NCBI GenBank assembly: GCA_963765675.1
Contig: CAVXXK010000001.1
Span: forward strand, 1,376,001 to 1,440,000
From: an uncultured delta proteobacterium
GTDB lineage: Bacteria > Desulfobacterota > Binatia > Binatales > Binataceae
Length of the DNA: 64,000 nt
Reading direction: 5' to 3'
Shown here: piece by piece, positions 61,542 to 64,000 of the stretch
How the letters are laid out: each line of letters begins with the position of its first letter
Numbering within the stretch: the stretch's first letter is position 1
Position numbers and translations under genes: made by a program
Notes under the pieces: generated by a model
Database searches by the model: none
Seen by the model: only the letters and a program-made list of their open reading frames with translations
What the model was told of the DNA's origin: nothing

Positions 61542-62951
61542 TCAGGAGTTGTCCCAATCGCGGATATCGACGAAGTGGCCCGCGATCGCCGCCGCCGCCG
61601 CCATCTGCGGACTTACCAGATGCGTGCGTCCGCCCTTGCCTTGCCGTCCCTCGAAGTTGCGGTTGCTGGTGCTGGCGCATCGCTCGCCGGGCTTCAGGAT
61701 GTCGGGGTTCATGCCCAGGCACATCGAGCATCCCGCCTCGCGCCAATCGAAACCGGCCTCGCGGAAGATACGATCGAGTCCTTCCTTCTCCGCTTCAATT
61801 TTGATGTTCGCAGATCCGGGGACGACCATTGCCTGGACGGCCTTGCTGACGTGTTTGCCTTTTACGATTGCGGCGGCGGCGCGCAGATCGCTCAGGCGCG
61901 AGTTGGTGCACGAGCCGATAAACACGCGGTCGATCGCGATCTCCTCGATCGGCGTATTCGGGCGCAGTCCCATGTAATCGAGCGCGCGTTCGAGCGTGTC
62001 GCGATCGCCGGGGTTGGCGGCCTTGCGCGGATCGGGAACCTTGCCGGTGACGTCGGCGACCATCCCGGGATTAGTGCCCCAGGTGACTTGCGGCGCGAAC
62101 TCGGCGGCATTGAACACGATTGAGCGATCGAATTTTGCACCGTCGTCGGTGTGGAGCGTAAGCCACTTTTTCGCCATCGCGTCGAACTCGGCGCCGGTCG
62201 GCAGATACTTCCGGCCGCGCATGTAATCGACGGTCTTGTGGTCGGCCGCGATCATCCCGGCGCGCGCGCCCGCCTCGATCGACATGTTGCACACCGTCAT
62301 CCGCTCGTCCATCGAGAGCGCCTCGATCGCCGTGCCACGATACTCGACCGCGCAACCGGTCGCGCCGTCGGTGCCGATACGTCCGATGACGCCGAGAATC
62401 AGATCTTTCGCGGTCACGCCCGGACCGGCGGTTCCGTCGAGCCTGATTTCGAGCGTTTGGGGTTTTACCTGCCAGATGCACTGGGTTGCGAGCACGTGCT
62501 CGACTTCGCTGGTGCCGATTCCAAATGCGAGCGCGCCGAACGCGCCGTGAGTCGAGGTATGGCTGTCGCCGCAGACGATCGTCATGCCGGGCTGGGTGAG
62601 TCCCAGGTCGGGACCGATCACGTGGACGATGCCCTGATCGTTCGAGCCGAGATCGAAGAGCGTGACGTCGAAGTCGCGCGCATTCTTGCGCATCATCTCG
62701 ACTTGCGCGCGCGAATCGGGATCGGCGATCGGCTTGAGCTGGTCAATGGTTGGCACGTTGTGGTCGAGCGTCGCAAACGTGCGCCGCTTGTCGCGCACGG
62801 TGCGTCCCGCCACTCGGAGCGCCTCGAAGGCCTGCGGGGAGGTGACTTCATGGATGAGGTGCAAGTCGATAAACAGCAGCGCGGGCTTTCCCGGTTCATC
62901 GACTACCACGTGAGCGTTCCAGATCTTTTCAAAAAGCGTCTGCGGCGCCAT
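61542..62951 (-). CDS. leuC: 3-isopropylmalate dehydratase large subunit
   Basis: [52 protein letters not shown]. Confidence 0.97.
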   Translation of the reverse strand: MAPQTLFEKIWNAHVVVDEPGKPALLFIDLHLIHEVTSPQAFEALRVAGRTVRDKRRTFATLDHNVPTIDQLKPIADPDSRAQVEMMRKNARDFDVTLFDLGSNDQGIVHVIGPDLGLTQPGMTIVCGDSHTSTHGAFGALAFGIGTSEVEHVLATQCIWQVKPQTLEIRLDGTAGPGVTAKDLILGVIGRIGTDGATGCAVEYRGTAIEALSMDERMTVCNMSIEAGARAGMIAADHKTVDYMRGRKYLPTGAEFDAMAKKWLTLHTDDGAKFDRSIVFNAAEFAPQVTWGTNPGMVADVTGKVPDPRKAANPGDRDTLERALDYMGLRPNTPIEEIAIDRVFIGSCTNSRLSDLRAAAAIVKGKHVSKAVQAMVVPGSANIKIEAEKEGLDRIFREAGFDWREAGCSMCLGMNPDILKPGERCASTSNRNFEGRQGKGGRTHLVSPQMAAAAAIAGHFVDIRDWDNS

Positions 62952-63050
62952 CGAAGCGACCCTCCAAGCCATCGCGAACTTACTATTATCCTCGATCCGC
63001 CCACTCGGGCAAAGCCGCCAGCGACGTCATTAGTTGTGCGCGAATGAATT

Positions 63051-63138
63051 GCAGAGCGGCATCCTCACCCGCGCGTCACGATGCTTGCGAAAAAGAATCG
63101 CAAGCATCGCGCCGCGCCGCCCGAGGGTGCTGCTCTGC
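63051..63138 (+). repeat. Structured hairpin element homologous to 48583-48710
   Basis: Shared CAGAGC(A/G)GCA(C/T)CCTCACCC, CGCGTCACG, CGCGCCGCG and GAGGGTGCTGCTCTGC blocks around a different internal stem. Confidence 0.65.
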
Positions 63139-63271
63139 GACTTTCGATCTGGTTGGTGCGCCAGCTTCTCCGGCGTAGAACGCGCTCGACCGCTCCTGAG
63201 CACTGTTCCGTGATTCGCATCCGCAAGCATGCTAGCAATCGGGATTCGCGCCGGCGATGCGGCGGATATTC

Positions 63272-64000
63272 ATGGTTAACACCGAGCTCAAGGCGCAACT
63301 CCGGCTCTCGATATCCGCGGGTCTTTCCTCTTGTTTTGTGTTTCTGCTCTACGAAGCAATCCAGGAATTCGCCACGCTTGATCCGCAGCATCAGCTTCGG
63401 CAGATCGCGGTGATCGCGCTTACCTCGATCGGGATGCTGGCGGTGATCGAACCGCTGCTCGAGCGCATGCAAATCACCGATGCCGGCGATTCGCACCGGA
63501 AGGGAAGAGGCCTTCTGATTCGAGTCTCCGCATTCGCCATTATCGCGGTCACGAGTCTGTTCCACGGCTTGCTGCATCACCTTCTCGGCGAAAGCCTGAG
63601 TGTAAAGGGATGGGCCGTTATCTGGGAGCTTGCCAGTATGGTCATCGGTCCGGGCGTGATCACTTTCGCCTGGATGCGCGGGTTGCGAACGAGTCCACCC
63701 AGGGCGAAAAGATTCGGGCTATCAGCCGGCATCATCGTCGGCGTCTTCTTGATCTCGGCGTCGATTCTTCAGGTCTATCTGCTGATCCCGTCGGCGGCAG
63801 GCTCGCCAACCGAGTGGGTCAGAATCTCGGCGGTATTGTCGCTGGCCGCGCTTTTTCTATGGCCGATTCTGACCACCTTCGCGATCAGCGGATACCTTGG
63901 CGGTCTATCCGCGGAGCGGCAATGGTTCGGGAAGCCGTGGGAAGAGATCGCGGTTGGTCTTGGAATTGCGGGCGCGGTCGGCGCCACATCTGAATTCCTG
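63272..64000 (+). CDS. Multi-pass membrane protein, partial (runs off the window end)
   Basis: My translation MVNTELKAQLRLSISAGLSSCFVFLLYE... stays open to 64000 with several hydrophobic helices; absent from the ORF track because there is no stop; alternative ATG 63257. Confidence 0.7.
   Translation, partial: MVNTELKAQLRLSISAGLSSCFVFLLYEAIQEFATLDPQHQLRQIAVIALTSIGMLAVIEPLLERMQITDAGDSHRKGRGLLIRVSAFAIIAVTSLFHGLLHHLLGESLSVKGWAVIWELASMVIGPGVITFAWMRGLRTSPPRAKRFGLSAGIIVGVFLISASILQVYLLIPSAAGSPTEWVRISAVLSLAALFLWPILTTFAISGYLGGLSAERQWFGKPWEEIAVGLGIAGAVGATSEFL

Overview
GC-rich bacterial chromosomal window of mostly housekeeping genes. The gene order (rho, rpsB-tsf-pyrH-frr-uppS-cdsA-rseP-tsaB-DUF465-ilvH-ilvC-psd-pssA ... 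leuA-leuB-asd-like-truA-HU) resembles the deltaproteobacterial/Desulfobacterota order. The accessory content (F420 LLM, family III CoA-transferases, SCP2, P450, GSTs) suggests Candidatus Binatia; this is an inference only. Other loci are glcDEF with a divergent alanine/serine-glyoxylate aminotransferase, gyrBA, ribBX-dsbD-HDO, selA, a type II pantothenate kinase, rarA, leuCD and two type II TA modules (FitA/VapC, HigBA). No rRNA, tRNA, CRISPR, integrase or transposase was seen. Most interesting: (1) a eukaryote-type GALK2/Gal1-like sugar kinase coupled to a nucleotidyltransferase and next to a GH36 glycosidase, a possible GalT-independent Gal/GalNAc salvage route; (2) a leucine attenuator (27-aa leader plus terminator) upstream of leuA; (3) several families of dispersed palindromic REP/MITE-like elements, some with covarying stems, including a hot spot flanked by a duplicated pssA 3' end; (4) an AT-richer orphan PD-(D/E)xK-like gene after gyrA and a small CxxC ORF between gyrB and gyrA; (5) apparent pseudo-enzymes (Asd without its catalytic Cys, RibA domain without its Zn ligands). 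gyrB and selA each carry one extra base, most likely sequencing error. All product calls rest on motif recognition by eye; no database searches were run.
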